From Octopus sinensis (lineage: Eukaryota): a stretch of DNA of 64,000 nucleotides. The notes below the pieces were generated by a model. It was given only the letters and a program-made list of their open reading frames with translations, had not been told where the DNA came from and made no database searches. The translations under genes and the position numbers were made by a program. Of this stretch, positions 1-14,383 are shown piece after piece. The stretch spans positions 83,328,001 to 83,392,000 of the forward strand of contig NC_043003.1 of the NCBI RefSeq assembly GCF_006345805.1, read 5' to 3'. Every line of letters begins with the position of its first letter. Within the stretch, counting starts at the first letter, position 1.

Positions 1-379
1 CACAGCTACATCCAAACCTAACACCCAAAATGTATTGTAATGTGCCACTCTAAGACATTACTTTGTTAAACCTTGAAGATGAAACAAATATAACCTTATA
101 GAATCGGATCCAAGGCTGGCAGAAACGATAAAAGCCAAGCTAAATGCATTACAGTATGTTGTTGCATTCAACTAAACCATTCACGTTAACATTATCTTTT
201 CTATCTTTCTAAAGTCGACAAAATAAAACATCAGGAATATAGTAGGAACTGCATCTGTTCTCCCACATTATACGTTAATAGTTCCTAGTCAAAAGGAATT
301 GCCTTTGTTGTATTCGGTATATTTCCTTAAGAAAAAAATCATTCGGTACATTCGCTTGATTTGACTGTACGATCTAGTA

Positions 380-850
380 ACACTTCCTTTAACCATACTA
401 CCACAGTTTACTTGCTTCGCATCATCCCACAACATTACACTATCCTATATTCACCTTATCTCAGCGTCTAGACATGATACATTACAGCAGCCCTTTAGCA
501 CAATAAATCCTCACACAGCAATAAATCCTCGCACATGTTACCATAACACATTACAACAGAATAGTAATGGAGAACACTATCATAAAATATTACCTTAAGC
601 TATTACTACAGCTTCTTAGTACAATATATTTTACAACACACTATTACAGAAAAACTACTGCAGTACATTACTACCGAACCTTAGCATCATATTACAGTAA
701 GCAACTTCCACAACGCACCACCTCAGCATATTACTAGATTACGTAGGTGCAGCTCATTACCACAATATAGCATCAACATCTTGTAACAGGGTCTTAGTAG
801 AACATATTACCACAAAACATTACCTCCGCGTTTTATGCATATTGCTACAT
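380..850. repeat. Degenerate minisatellite-like region
   Basis: A motif resembling CATTACTACAG..CCTTAGCACAACATATTACCACAA recurs about five times with irregular spacing (near 480, 600, 665, 725, 790). Confidence 0.45.
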
Positions 851-889
851 CACATTGCATTACATAAGGGGCACTGCGCTGGTCATGAT

Positions 890-1191
890 GACGAGCATTG
901 CAATTGATCCGATCAACAGAGCAGTTTCCTCATTAAATTAACCTGTAAATGGTTGCGCACTCCACAGACACACGTACCTTTATCGTAGTTCTGAAGGAGA
1001 TTCAGCGTGACATAGGACGTGAGAAGGCTGTCCTTTGAAATACAGGTACAACTTATTTTTACCAGCTGATTGGACTGGAGCATCGTAAAAAAAAGTGCCT
1101 TACTCGAGGACACAATGCACTGCCGAGAATCGAACTCACAAACTTACCTTCGTGAACGGAATACCCTAACCACTAAGGCAAGTGCCTTCAC
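890..1191 (-). mobile_element. tRNA-derived SINE, family C (old copy)
   Basis: Reverse complement begins GTGAAGGCACTTGCCTTAGTGGTTAGGGTATT...GAGTTCGATTC (A/B-box-like head) and aligns over ~300 bp with the + copy at 53441-53760. Confidence 0.8.
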
Positions 1192-1231
1192 TCTGCATAT
1201 CATAATTCTAATTGATCTTTACAAATGGTTT

Positions 1232-1442
1232 CTATTTTCGGTACAAAGCCAGTAATTTAGTGGGAGAATGTAAGTCAATTACATCGACCTCACTAATCAA
1301 CTGGCATTTATCTTATCCTCCCTGAAAGGGATGAAATCTAAAATCGACCTCGGTAAAATTTTAACTAAGAGCGTAAAGACGGACGAAAAAATGCCGCTAA
1401 GCAACTTGCTTGTGCTAACGTTTCTTTCAGCACGCTGCCTTA
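1232..1442 (-). mobile_element. tRNA-derived SINE, family B (degenerate)
   Basis: Matches the well-preserved copy at 37346-37576 (ATCGACCTC..ACTGG..TTTAT..GAAAGGGATGAAA..AAAATCGACCTCGG). Confidence 0.75.
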
Positions 1443-3289
1443 TTTTATCACTGCACACGAGTATCAAACGTAGAAACTTTCAGATATGGTCCCTCGTATC
1501 AACTCGTAGCACCGCTTTGTCCGGGTTCCATGGCTGAAGAGGAAATAAATACTCCGACAGGCATGCATTCCACAGACTAGTCAGGTGGTGCTGCGAGCTA
1601 ATTCAGTGTATTTACACTACTTTGTCAACGGCAAAAAATTTTTTACAAGACAAAATACTTTGAATTACTTTCTAACGGGTTCGTATATGACTCAAACATA
1701 TTTGAACCGATAACTACTTTGTATTTCAACTTTATATTCCAGTATTCTGCTCTCTGTTTCCCTTTTTCTATCTGTCTATCAGTCTACATACCTATCTCTT
1801 TATTTCTAGCTTCTTGTCTGTTCCCTCATTTCTTTCACAATCTCACACACACTCTCTCTCTCTCTCCCTTTCTTTCCCTCTCTTTCTTTCTTTCCCCCCT
1901 CTCTCTCTCTGTCCATTTTTCCCTGTTGTTGCCAAAACCTTGACCACAGAACTGAAACGCTGTGAAATTTTTTCCTTGCTTCTTTCTCAATTTGGTTTTG
2001 AGATACTAACAAGCACAAAAATAAGCTGAAAATAAAGTGGTTTGATGCCATAAGCCTTGTAATAACTGCTAAAAAAATGAATATTACCCTTGCGTCGCGA
2101 ATTGAGAATACTGTAAAAATATATTAATCAGTTAAATGATAGACCTAATTCAAACATTAAAGATTGATAGATAATATCAAATTTGACCAAAACTGACAAT
2201 TTTGGTATAAGGGGAAATATATTTTCAATTATATTTAAGATAAGTTAACCACATTTCAGAACTTCTGATATGAAACAAAATCCTAGTCAGGTTTCTTGGG
2301 GAAAATGAATTCATTGAAAAATTATGGTAATTTTGACATATTAACTGACAGTGTCATAACAGGTGATAAAGAATAGGAAAAAAGAGATGTGTTATTCAGA
2401 AATGATAGTCTTTTCTTTACTTCTCATATCTCTAGAAAGGAATTTTAAAAAGATATTTTTTAATCCGTTGATCATCAAATAAGATGATATTTTCAGTAAA
2501 TGTCAGCTATAAAAATCTCCAAATCGATCGACAATCTGCTAAATTACACAAGTCACTGAACCACAATAACCTTACCCAAATGTCCCTCGCCTACAGTCTA
2601 GAAGGGTGTACAAAGGCTAAGGAAACCACTTTGTAAACCATAAAGATATTAATGAAATCCACAAGTAATGACTAATCAACTTTTAGTATTAATCTGATAT
2701 TATTGCGAGAACAAAAAAAAAGTTGTGAAATTCAGGGAACCAAAAGGACAGTACTAAATGCATTACAATACTACGTTATCTAGAGGAGGAGTAGTAGTAG
2801 TAGTAGTAGTAGTAGTAGCAAGTGCTTCCCCAGATGATTCCTGATTGACTATTTTCGATCAAAAATGATCGATCAAAATTGTTTCAGATGTAACCATTCC
2901 GTCATGCTTTACTTTTCATCTGCCAATGTTCTACAAAATAACTACCAATACTGATAATGGAACCGATACAATCATCATATACACCCTTTCTTTTCTATAT
3001 ACCTTCGTCTAGAACCATAGTTAGAAATAATAAGCAACCTTGCCTCGGGACAATTTCATAAAACATTATTGTTCTGATATTTTTTTTTTTAACTTGTAAG
3101 GTAATAAATCTATATTTCATTCTAAAATTGCAGCAATGAAACGTGGTCGATTGAATAGAAACCAATATACAGTACTGCTATTTATTTTATTGATTCTAGA
3201 ATGATTTAATACCAAGTTGACAGCAATAAGGGAGAAACATAGAATATATTTAAAATGTTCTTCTGCATTCTGTGCCATTCGAATACCTT

Positions 3290-4040
3290 GCTTAATGTTA
3301 TAGATAAATCTTACCGAGGTCAGCTTTGTAGTCTATTCTTCGCGGGTCGATATAATACTATACCAGTCAAATACTGAGGTCGCTTTCATCGACTAACCCC
3401 TTTCTTTCTAAATTTCCGACTTTGTATCTTTGTGAGAAGCAAATACTTCAAAGGGTGGACCATTGGGAGAATCGTCAGAGAGTCGGAAAAAATACCTTGC
3501 GTATTTGTTACAGTTCTTTACATTCTGGGTTCAATTATCACAATGGTTATCTTTGCCTTCCATCACTCTGGGGTCGATAAAGTAACGTACCAGTCGAGTA
3601 CTGCGAATGAGTGTATCGACTAATGTCCGCTCCCTAAAACTGCTGGCAATGAGCCTTATTCAAAAAGAATTATATCCCACGGAAGCAGATCAGTACAGTC
3701 GTCAGTGACAGACAAAATTCTTTGCAGTATTTCTTCTGATACTCTGTACATTCTGAGTTGAAATCTCATCAAGCACATCTTTGATTTTCATTACTCCAGG
3801 ATCGATTAAGTATAGTTCGAGCCGAGCATTTGGGTTCATGGTATCGATTGATATCTCTCCCCAACACTCTTCTCCTTGCACCTAAATAAAAAATATATAC
3901 TTTTATTAAGTGTGGATGGTGGATTGGTAGAATCATTATGATGACTGCAAAACGTCTTGCAGCATTTGTTCCAACGCCTTACATTTTTATTTCAAATTCC
4001 GCCGAGGTCAACTTGCCCTTCATCCTTTTGGAATAGATAA
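3290..4040 (+). mobile_element. Cluster of about four degenerate family B SINE copies
   Basis: The GAGGTC..CTTTG..TTTCAT...GGGTCGATA..AGTACCAGT core recurs near 3315, 3550, 3780 and 4005, all in the same orientation. Confidence 0.65.
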
Positions 4041-4146
4041 CCTAAAGTGCGAATCACGTACACCGAAGGTTGTCCTTGACTAGTTCCTCCATTCAAAATT
4101 GGTCTCGTACCTAAATTACAAAACATTATTGCTTGCGGTAGTAGTG

Positions 4147-4180
<34 letters not shown>

Positions 4181-4339
4181 CAGCAGCAGAAGCAGGAGGA
4201 GGAGGGAATAGTAGTAGTAGTAGCAATAGCATTTTCATTTTCGTATCAGCAAGACACCTCTTCGAATCATTCATAAGTTTTCTTTCTTTTAACTTTGTCT
4301 TTAAAAGTCTACTGTTAAAAATGTTGTTCTGTTTTATGG

Positions 4340-4545
4340 CGAAACTGTCCAGAATACTGAGGAACTAGTCATGACCATTTTTGTGGAAGATATGTTCTCT
4401 TGAAATCTTCGTCATGTTGCGGGTTTTATCCAGTGTCCCATGCAAGTTTCAACTGAATCAGAATCGATAATCCCATCACAAGTCAACTGTCCTTTCGTAA
4501 TCCATACTTTATCGTCTTCTACCATCATCAATGTTTTGTCAACGC
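4340..4545 (-). mobile_element. Possible RTE-type LINE 3' remnant
   Basis: Minus strand reads VDKTLMMVEDDKVW...ETC...ATGACTAG, which resembles decayed RTE ORF2 C-termini. Heavily mutated. Confidence 0.3.
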
Positions 4546-4640
4546 CTAGCAATTAATTAAGAAACCATCATCATCATCATCCTCATCGTCGTCGTCGTCG
4601 TCATCATTACTGTCGTTGTTATAGTTTTTGTTATCATTAT

Positions 4641-4860
4641 TAAGGTAGCAAGCTGAAAGAATCGTTAGCACACCGCAAAAAATGCTTAGCGCCATTTTGT
4701 CCGTTTTTACCTTCTGAGTTCGAATTCTACCAAGGACAACATTGTCCTTCGTCCTTTCAGGGTAAATACAATAAAGTAGTAGTGGAGCATCGGTGTTGAT
4801 GCAATCGACTAGATTCCTCTCTATCAAATTTCAGGACTTATAGTAGAAAGAATTATTGTT
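4641..4860 (+). mobile_element. tRNA-derived SINE, family B (degenerate)
   Basis: AAGGTAGCAAGCTG..AGAATCGTTAGCACACCG...TTCTGAGTTCGAATTC head, central core and (ATT/GTT)n tail. Confidence 0.75.
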
Positions 4861-5035
4861 ATTGTTGCTGTTTATCGCCGAAGCCAAATGGGATTTCGAT
4901 ACCTCATTAGTTTTCACTTTGCTTTCCTTTTTAGAAGCTTATTTTGGTTCCACTGTGTTTCTTAGTTGACCTGAATCATAAGGGTTTGATTGAATGTCTT
5001 GTTAGTTGCCCTGAATGGTAAAAATTTTATATAAA

Positions 5036-8000
5036 GTAAAGGCTTCGAAGCAGACAAAGTATTTTCGAAGTGAAGTCGTCTTTGTCGGTTGGGCAAAAAG
5101 CGAGAAAACTAGGAGGAAGTCTTGAAAGTGAAACCGTGTTTTGCTGTCACCTTCTACCACTCAGTATTACAGACGTAGTATTAACAAAAAAGAGTTATAA
5201 CAACAGTATCAATAGCAGCAATTGTAGCACCAACAACAGTACCATACCACAAGAACCAGTCCTCTGGTGGGTGATGAAATGCTTGGTTTTGGAAAATGCT
5301 ATTACGCTGATAAAAGTAAAAATTATTCCCCAAAGAAAAAGATGGGTTGGGGTGGGGTTGAACAATATAGTTCGGGTAAAAGTAAAACCTGAAATACAAC
5401 AAAATTCCCGTCATAATAAAGATCCTAGGTGGGCAGCAGCTGCAGGCAGTAGTGGAGATTAGAAGGCATCAATGCCACAGCTGTGGAAACGCTAATTATT
5501 TCAATGATTTTGTACCCAACAACAGAAAATGGTTTCGGAAAGATCTCTACTTCTGGTAACATCACATTCACATTAGCAACACCAGCAGCAGCCACAACAC
5601 AAATAGCTACAGCAACTACAACAGCATGCATCTGAAGCAACTACGACTTCAAGACTGGACGCAATAACTACAGCAACAACAATAACAACACCAGCAGTAG
5701 AATCAACTGCCAGAAAGTAACGGAAGATACTGTACCTTCAAGGACCACCACGTCACAGACGACAACAGCAACAGCAGGGGCAGCAGGCATCCCAAAGCAA
5801 CAACAAATATCATGACAACACAACAAAACAAAACACCCAAAACATGAAAAACCCTAACACACAACACACCAGTATGTTGTGAGCTAAAGGTAACGGAGAG
5901 GGACCTAAATGGCAGAAAGTTACTAATGCAAGGAAAAGAAACAGAAACAAAAACACGCCAACAAAAACCTGATAGGAACAAACTGGCAAATGCTTTTGAG
6001 CAGCAGTGCACCAAAAGTACCCCAGCAGTAGCAACACAAGTATTATCAACACAATCATGCCTTTCGCCACCTCCATCATCAACAACAACACTGTCACAGA
6101 CATCACTATTACAAGCAGAAGCGCTACCTAATTCGCTTAAAACAACAGTCAGAGCACACCCACCAGCATGAACAAAAAAGTGAGTATTAACTCCACAACT
6201 ATAAACAGAAGCAATAAAAAACTAATGGCTCACATACATCAACATATACGTATCATCTATAAGAATTAAATTACATTATCTAGTAACGTTCCAGTACACA
6301 TAAAATCATCCAAATATCATAAGATATTTTTACTGTTGAAAATAAATAACGCAATGGTGTAGAAGTCTACAAGAGAATATAAACAAATGACTGTATAAAG
6401 AACTGTTTTAAGAAACATCCACAAGCAGTCGAGTGGGAGATAGAATACTTGTCTTTCTTTAGGAATAATGTAAGACGGCCTTTCTAACCATGCTTCTTCC
6501 TACTAACTTAGACATAGGATAAACCACAGGGTCATCTGATTGTATCTAGAAAGAGTATAACGTAGAGGATAACGTATGCTATCCATATTTTAAAATCGTT
6601 AGCTGCACAGATCACAAATTGTGTATCCTTAAAACCGACCCAGATAGGCTCCGAAACCCAATTACTGGAGGCAGAATGCGTCTCTCACGACGCATCAAGA
6701 TTAGCGAATTACTTAATAAGGCTTTGACTGGACAGTCGTAAACAACAAACGGTGCGTGCCTTGGAAAGGGGGATTAGATAAAAATCGATAATATTTAGTA
6801 AGGATATAGCAATTGGGAAAACTAACATAGAGGTAGATTTAGAAACTTAGAAGAGGCACTTATGAGAGGCATCACAACCTGCGAGGTTGGCCCTTGAGCA
6901 ATTCTCCAGCATGAAGCAGGAATACTGCATTGCCAGAACCAGGATACGAGCTCTAAAACACTAGAGAACGAAAGCATTCGATTTGCCTGAGTGACGGAAG
7001 CGTAACGGGGCAACAAACACATAATTCGGTCTTTGGTGGACCACAATGGTTGCATATTACCAAAGTTCAAGCAAATATATATAGCTTTTCAGCAGAGCGT
7101 TACTCAAATTTTTCCGAACGAGTCACGAGCTGGCATTAGGGATAAATTTCGGTTCTTATTTCTATCGCCTGTCACGATCCTCTCCAAGAGAGGCGGGTAT
7201 TGCAAAAAGCTGATAACAACAGCAGTAATATGGAAAGGGCGATTTACTGCATTAGATAGAGTGAGGGTAAATAAATCGCCTAGTTCGGATGGCCTGTCCT
7301 ATGAGCTTTACTTTTTGGGTTGTTAGGCATCAGAACGGGATAATTATTAATTTTCTGAGTCAAGGATCCATGTAGCTGCTGAAATAGGACCCAAAATAGT
7401 AGAGGATGTCACATTGATAGTTTTCAGCCAATAATTCTATTAAATAGTGTTTCAAAATTTTAGCGCCAAAGTTAGTGTTTGTCGTCGATGATTGTTGATG
7501 TACAAACTTACGACATTCTGAACACACTTATGCATGAAAACATGAAAACCTTCATCATGCCATAATTCAGAGAAAAGTTGTTTAAGCAGCCTGACATGGG
7601 TGGAACCCTGATAAATTTAGATCAGTCGAAAGCGGCAAGGTATCTAATACATAATTTTATGATCAAGCTGTCACAGCCCTCCGCCGGTCAAGCAATGCGA
7701 TCGAAGAAGTTCTACGTAGGCGTTCTATAGCGGGTTAGTGGCTGCAAGTGTGATGAAGTTTTCAAGGAGATCCTGCTTGGTCTATTCCAGAGAATTTTAG
7801 GTCGGGGTCCATCGATAATTCCAAAAATCTCTTGTCTGACAGTGATACTCGTGGACATTGCTGAATTGAGATAAAGTGTAGATGCGTGGAAGTGTCACCA
7901 GCGGAACCTGTTCAAAATTCGTGCCGGACAACGAAACTGCTACGAAAGCAGTCGACCAATAGCTGAACATTACTGATCTTAGAGTTATGTCGAATACCTG

Positions 8001-8075
8001 TCGCGAGTGCGATACATCTGTCTGTTTCGAAAACTGGGATAAACAGTCGACCTCAGTAAACACAGCGACCTTCTA
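5036..8075 (+). mobile_element. Degenerate L1/Tx1-clade LINE (ORF1 plus internally deleted ORF2)
   Basis: ORF1 remnant QQLQAVVEIRRHQCHSCGN (zinc-knuckle-like, ~5430-5490). AP-endonuclease end IVSCTDHKL followed by PNYWRQNASL (~6595-6690). RT start NKSPSSDGLSYELY (~7270) and GGTLINLDQSKA (~7600). Decayed C-terminal Cys motif SGTCSKF..NET (~7900). Many stops and frameshifts. Confidence 0.85.
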
Positions 8076-8499
8076 CTACGTGAGTTAACAGTATATGCAT
8101 AGACTTTTGTTAAAACATGGCTGCGTGTATACACATGCGTATGTATACATATATATCCGTGTTTGCATGTGTATATACTGGTACGTATGAGTACTTATTG
8201 AAAAGTATCTACTCAGTCCACATAAACAGGCTTGCCAAACTCGTGTAGCAGAAAAGTGTGCAACATCTAAAATACCAATTCCGCTTGGTCCAAAGATTAG
8301 AGAATCAAGGATATTCCGTCCGCATGGTTGCCACGTGTGGAGAAAGGAACAAGCAGTATATATAAAGAATGTGTAAGAACAACCATATTGAGTGAACCTA
8401 AATTATTAGATATGGATGTTGTGTTCTTACACATTAATAATTGGTTGGTTTATGAAAATTAAACAACCAAATAAAGCTGCGTTTGTGACATTATTTTGT

Positions 8500-11050
8500 C
8501 ACAGGGTCGCCACGGAGACATTTCTGTTACATTCTTCAGCAGCTTGATTTAGAATCCTACTTTGACCGATTATTCTTTCCCATACGTTTTAAAACACGTG
8601 AGTACCAGTAACATAATGGATTGTTATTTTTGTCTGCACGACTACCACCTTATAGACTATGGAACTGTGTCTTGTAATTCCGTATCTCAGTGTTCCGCTT
8701 TCATGTTCTCTTGTGATCGTGTTTGATTTCTCTCTACCTCTAGAAGATCTATAAAATACGTTCCAATAATACACTGAGGTTGAAAAATAGTCGGCATCAT
8801 TCTGTTTCTAACATTCTTCCTAAGTGATAACTTTTTAATATTCAAAATTTCCTCGCTACTTTTTTCGGTGTTATAAAATTCAATACGATATAACATATTG
8901 TCCGTATGTGATTTTAAATATAAAATTACATCTAACAAGCTGGTTCTTAGAAAATATAAAACAAGGTAGATAAGACCATACAAGGCTTTTGTAAAATCAA
9001 ATATTAATACATTATATAAATATCTTCAGTAGGATGAAATTGCTTGTTTATTTTGCTATACTGTATGAAATAATGGCTTGATATTTGTCTTAAGGGAAAT
9101 TCTTAATGCTTAGTAGCTGAGCCGTATTTAGGCTTTATTACCGTTAAAATCGAAAATGTTAGTTGATATAAATATAAGGAAAACATGACAGGCGATTGGC
9201 CAGTGGTACTTCAAACTACATTAAAAATTCTCATTTCAATTTCAGCCCCTAAAAGTTACTCAACTTTGTTTTTCATAGTTCAGATTTGAGATTTGAATTG
9301 CATGGCAAACCTACCGAGATTTTTGAGCTTACAAAACAAACAAAAAAAAGATATCTTCACTGTTATCTTGCTACACGGAATGGAAACAGAACCCAGTTTG
9401 ATATAAAATTGTCTGTGTCTTGTAAAAAAAATATTTCTAGAACTGTTTTTTTTTATGCATACTAAATGTTTGCTAATGAACTATTTAAGCGAATTGTAAG
9501 ACAACTTATGTTCAATAACCAAATCTTCGGAACATGAACAATTTTCAAATTACTCCTTTTGTACAGGATATTTTCAACTTTTATTTTCGCATGAAAGCTT
9601 CAATGTTACTTCAGAGTAAAAATGTTTGTATTCTCCCTTTGATGAGATATTAAATTCATTAAATTTCTTAAAATACGCACGACAAATAGCTTAATGTATA
9701 AAGCCATTTCTTAATATCAGCGAAGATTTGAGTTAATTTCCTTTTTATAACTTTAAATTTATTTAAGTTTGAAATTTTGATTTGTTGACGTACTCCTGTA
9801 CGTAATTGAAGTGTGTGAACTTCGATTCCTTATCAAGGCTTAGATTCACAAATAGACTGTTATTCAGTGCGTGGCTGATAATTTGAGCTGTGTCTTGTAT
9901 TACTTGCACTTAGCTAAGAAAAAAAATTTTCTTTAGCCGTTATCTATCTATGAATCATTCTATAAGTGAAGGAATTAGGTGCGTTGCTTAAAGATTTAAC
10001 TTAAGGTTTGAAATCCTTCACTTTTCCATCATTCTGCTGTTCTATCTGTGCATACACCAATAGAGATTTTTCATTCCAGAACGACTTCCTTATGAAAAGA
10101 AACTGTCTAGAATAGAACAATTGATGCACCAGTTCTTGAAAAAAAAGACAGTTTCCCCTGTTGTGTATTCATCAAGTGATTGACAAAACAGTAAGTAGCC
10201 GAATACACAATAACGCATTAATATCTGATAAATATCAACTGTTGAGTAGCATTTGTATTTTCTCAGCCAAATCATCCAACTGAAACGCGAATAAAATACT
10301 TCTTTAATTCTTTCAATAAGTGGCACAAATTGGTTATTGCTAATTTCTAAAACTCTTTCACATACATATCTTATTTGACAATAGATATTTTTATTTTCTT
10401 CTTTCGTCCACAGTGGTCTTATCGCGAATATTTTTTCTATTTTTATCGCTTATGGTTTCTTCGCTTTTGTAATTAAGTATTAGTTTTGTAACATACTTTT
10501 AAATCATTTTCTTCTTACCAGTTTATGTTTTTTTTTAAGAAAGTTGCTTTTTGGACTTTCTACGAGATTTCTGTAATCTTTCAAAAAATTGTATAGAGTT
10601 GCTTGCACAGAAAGAGTGTTTGATATCCTGTTGTCTATTTAATTGAATTTAATAGGTTTCATACTTTCATTCACTATATATTTGTAACAAGTTTAACATA
10701 TTATGCACTGCTTTTCATGACTACTAGGAAAAATTAATCCACATTGGAAAAATAAATGTTCATTGCTCTTGAGTTTGGTCCACTTTGGGAATCGTGTTAC
10801 TGCATCCAGAGTTGCAGGAACTATTACATCAACAATGTTTTCTCTGAGTAGCAGATTTAACCATTTCTCTATGGTTAAGTACACAATTCCATGTTATAAA
10901 AATATTTAATTAATGATTTTTTTTAAACTAACAGTGAAATCATATATTTTATAGGTGAATGTTTCGGTATTAATTTCACGTATGTTTTTCTATGTATAGA
11001 TAAAACACTCTCATAACCGAATCAAACACATTTTAGTAGATACCGTGAAA
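8500..11050 (-). mobile_element. Degenerate hAT transposon (Buster/Charlie; ZBED5/SCAND3-like transposase relic)
   Basis: Minus-strand fragments in the expected order: QCIIC..IVNESMKPIK (BED-finger region, ~10650-10710), LLFCQSLDEYTTGETVF (~10140-10200), and a C-terminal GTYF...TRSQENM segment (~8700-8770). Termini not confidently located. Confidence 0.75.
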
Positions 11051-11697
11051 GTTCCACGACTTCTGAGGGTTACAATCCGTAGATTAGGAAATATCAGGCA
11101 ACCAATGAAATTTGGTTGTGTATTTTGTAAAAATAAAATATTTTTCTAAAGTCGCTATAATCGACAATGATGTCTGTCCTATTCAATAATACGACTTAAA
11201 CCTCAGTAAAAAATGTTTTAAACCGCTATCATGGCAATGCTGTACTATTTGTTTCATAAACTTTTATGTTTATCGGTTGCAGTAGACAGAGTTACAGTAG
11301 TTTTGCAGTTTGTAACAATTTACGACGCAATTTCCGAAAGAAAAGAATGTCTTCCGAAAACATAGATTTAGTCATGATATGAAATGCTGCCAATTGTTTC
11401 ACTTAGGAAAAAAAATGGTTTCAGTCTCAAAATGAATAAATCGATGCAATTTTATTGATACAATCGCACTATTTGTTTTGTTCCTTTTAGAAAATTCTGG
11501 AATGTGAAGTGTGCCAATTCTAAACTTTGATAGATGATTTGTATCATTCTAATTTTTCTACATTTTGGGATATCAGCTTGATAAATGGTCTGCGAATAGA
11601 TGGTTTCTTTTTCTCTCAAAATGTATAAACACAGTCGCCTTCTACCTATGAAGAAAACAGTTTTAGAGAGTAATTGTATAATAAATATACATTAGGA

Positions 11698-11743
<46 letters not shown>

Positions 11744-11895
11744 TATTATTATTATTATTATTACTATAGCGAAGAGAGTGACATGTGGCAAGGTTCAGGA
11801 CAGTGTTGTATTAAAAGTTCTGAATTCAAGCAACAGGTGGTTATTACTGAGTCAATTATATAATTATCAATTATGTGATTGGCCGATATATATAT

Positions 11896-11927
<32 letters not shown>

Positions 11928-12982
11928 ATATTCAGGCTTAAGCGATGTTTAGGCTTAAGCGAACTTGCGGGTATGTAAAATATGCTTGTGACTTATTTCA
12001 TTTTCTAAAAGCAAATTCACTGCAGCTACCGTGGAGAAGAAATTCTCTTTTATGGTAAAATGGTGTAAAAACACCATATCTACTCAGTGCTGACTCCTGC
12101 TCACAACTATAAAACAACACTCCCGTTAGAGATATTTAAAATCTAAGCTGTAAGAAAGGGACTTAAGTCCAATAAGGTCAATTAGCAAATTAATTAAGAT
12201 GTTTCAATAATAAAACAATATAGCTTGAACTAAATCTGGTCTAAGTCCTCCTGATAAAAACAATTGATATTCTTTGTCCTTAGCTATTCTCAGCTTATTT
12301 TACTCAGTTAATATCTATTATCTTTAGCAGCTGACTAGATTATACTTTAATGATGTGGTTTAATACGAACGAAACTTATGTTATTTTCACAAGTTACTTT
12401 TTAACGACCAGATCCTTACTAATCATCATTATCTATACCATTCCAAAATGTCGGTCAAGTGACCTTAGTGGGTTTATCTCTCTTGCTAAATTGGAGAAAG
12501 ATTTTTGTCTAGTAGTTACTTGAAAAATCTCAATTACTGGAAGGTTTCAACTTACTATATTATATATGAGAAACCCTACAGTTTTCATTTTGTATATTTG
12601 TATATTAACGGATTGTCTTTGAACTACGATAACAACAACAACCCAAAATATTTTCTGATCATTATATTTTTTCTATTATTCCTACAAAATATATGAATAA
12701 ATATTTATAAGCAAATATTTCTCTGTAACATAGAAGATAGTTGAACAGAGGTGTTTTTCTCATTCCGATTCCTCTCTGCTTCTTCTTTCTCTCTTTTTCT
12801 CGCTCTTTTTCCATCTATTTCTATGTATCTAGCTTCTACCTATCTAACATATGGGTGCCTGGTAGGATGCGGGCGCACTTTTATATTAATGTAGACAGTG
12901 ATATTAATGTATATATATAAATATATATATGTAGATATATGTAGACATGAAGATATATATAATATATATATGCATACATCCG

Positions 12983-13025
<43 letters not shown>

Positions 13026-13927
13026 AATGTATGTATGTATATATATATATATATATTTATAAATGTATGTATATATATATATAATCATTAATATTACTTT
13101 ATAGATATGATGTGTGAGTGTTGTTTAAAATATTAATACATACGAGTATATCGATAAAAACATTTTTAAATATTTATATTAATATATATTTGTATCTGTG
13201 CTTTTGGGTATGCATCCGTATTCATGTATGTGCCTGCATGTGTGTGTATGTATATAACTGTGTATACGTATATGCATGCATGTGTGTGTACGTGTGTGTA
13301 TGTGCCTCTTTATGTGATTTTATATTGGTTGATATAAATGTAGCCTATAAACATTAATACATACAAACACATACACACACGCATACACAAACACACACAC
13401 ACACACACACACACACGCACGCACACACACAAATAATAGTTTTCATTTTTTCCAACAATTCTGTATCCAGCATTACTTTATTAAATGCTTCAATGAACAC
13501 GGTCTGCACTTTTATACTTTCATAGTATCTATTTTGCATAGATATATGAAATTATGAAATAACTTATATCTTTCACGTGTTTTATTAAATATCTCACTGT
13601 TCCGATGGAATAAAGCAGCATTCGGGCGCCATGAAGTTACTGAGAGGTTGAGTAGGTTGATCACAGCATCAATTTAATTAAGATCAAAATGATGTTTTCG
13701 ACGACGACGATGATGATGTTTGTGATGATGATGGTGGTGGTGGTGGTGGTGGTGGTGGTGGTGGTGGTGTTGGTGGTGGTGGTGATAATGATGACAGGAA
13801 TGAAGAATAGCAAAGTTTGGTTACAGATTCTCTAAATGAAGAAAATAAATATCGTGTATATTTATATTATTTTTAAACATTTATATTTTCAGCATGTATA
13901 CTTTATCGGCAAAGAAATTAGGCACAC

Positions 13928-13975
<48 letters not shown>

Positions 13976-13977
13976 TC

Positions 13978-14336
13978 ATTTTACTCTTTTACTTGTTTCA
14001 GTCATTTGACTGTGGCCATGCTGGAGCACCGCCTTTAGTCGACCAAATCGACCCCAGTACTTATTCTTTGTAAGCCTAGTTCTTAGTCTATCGGTCTCTT
14101 TGCCGAACCGCTAAGTTACGGGGACGTAAACACACCAGCATCGGTTGCCAAGCAATGTTGGGGGGGACAAACACAGACACACAAACATATACACACTCAT
14201 ACATATATATATATACATATATACGACGGGCTTCTTTTCAGTTTCCGTCTACCAAATCCCCTCCCAAGTATTTGGTCGCCCCGAGGCTAAAGTAGAAGAC
14301 ACTTGCCCAAGGTACCACGCAGTGGAACTGAACCCG

Positions 14337-14338
<2 letters not shown>
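13978..14338 (-). mobile_element. tRNA-derived CORE-like SINE, family A (5' truncated, within a (TA)n tract)
   Basis: Reverse complement has CCGGGTTCAGTTCCACTGCGTGGTACCTTGGGCAAGTGTCTTCTAC and a tail ending AAACAAGTAAAAGAGTAA. Closely matches 29778-30198. Confidence 0.9.

Positions 14339-14383
<45 letters not shown>

Noticed and set aside
11090-11107. Terminal inverted repeat of the hAT relic matching ~8501-8512
   Set aside because: The match is too weak and no 8-bp TSD was found.
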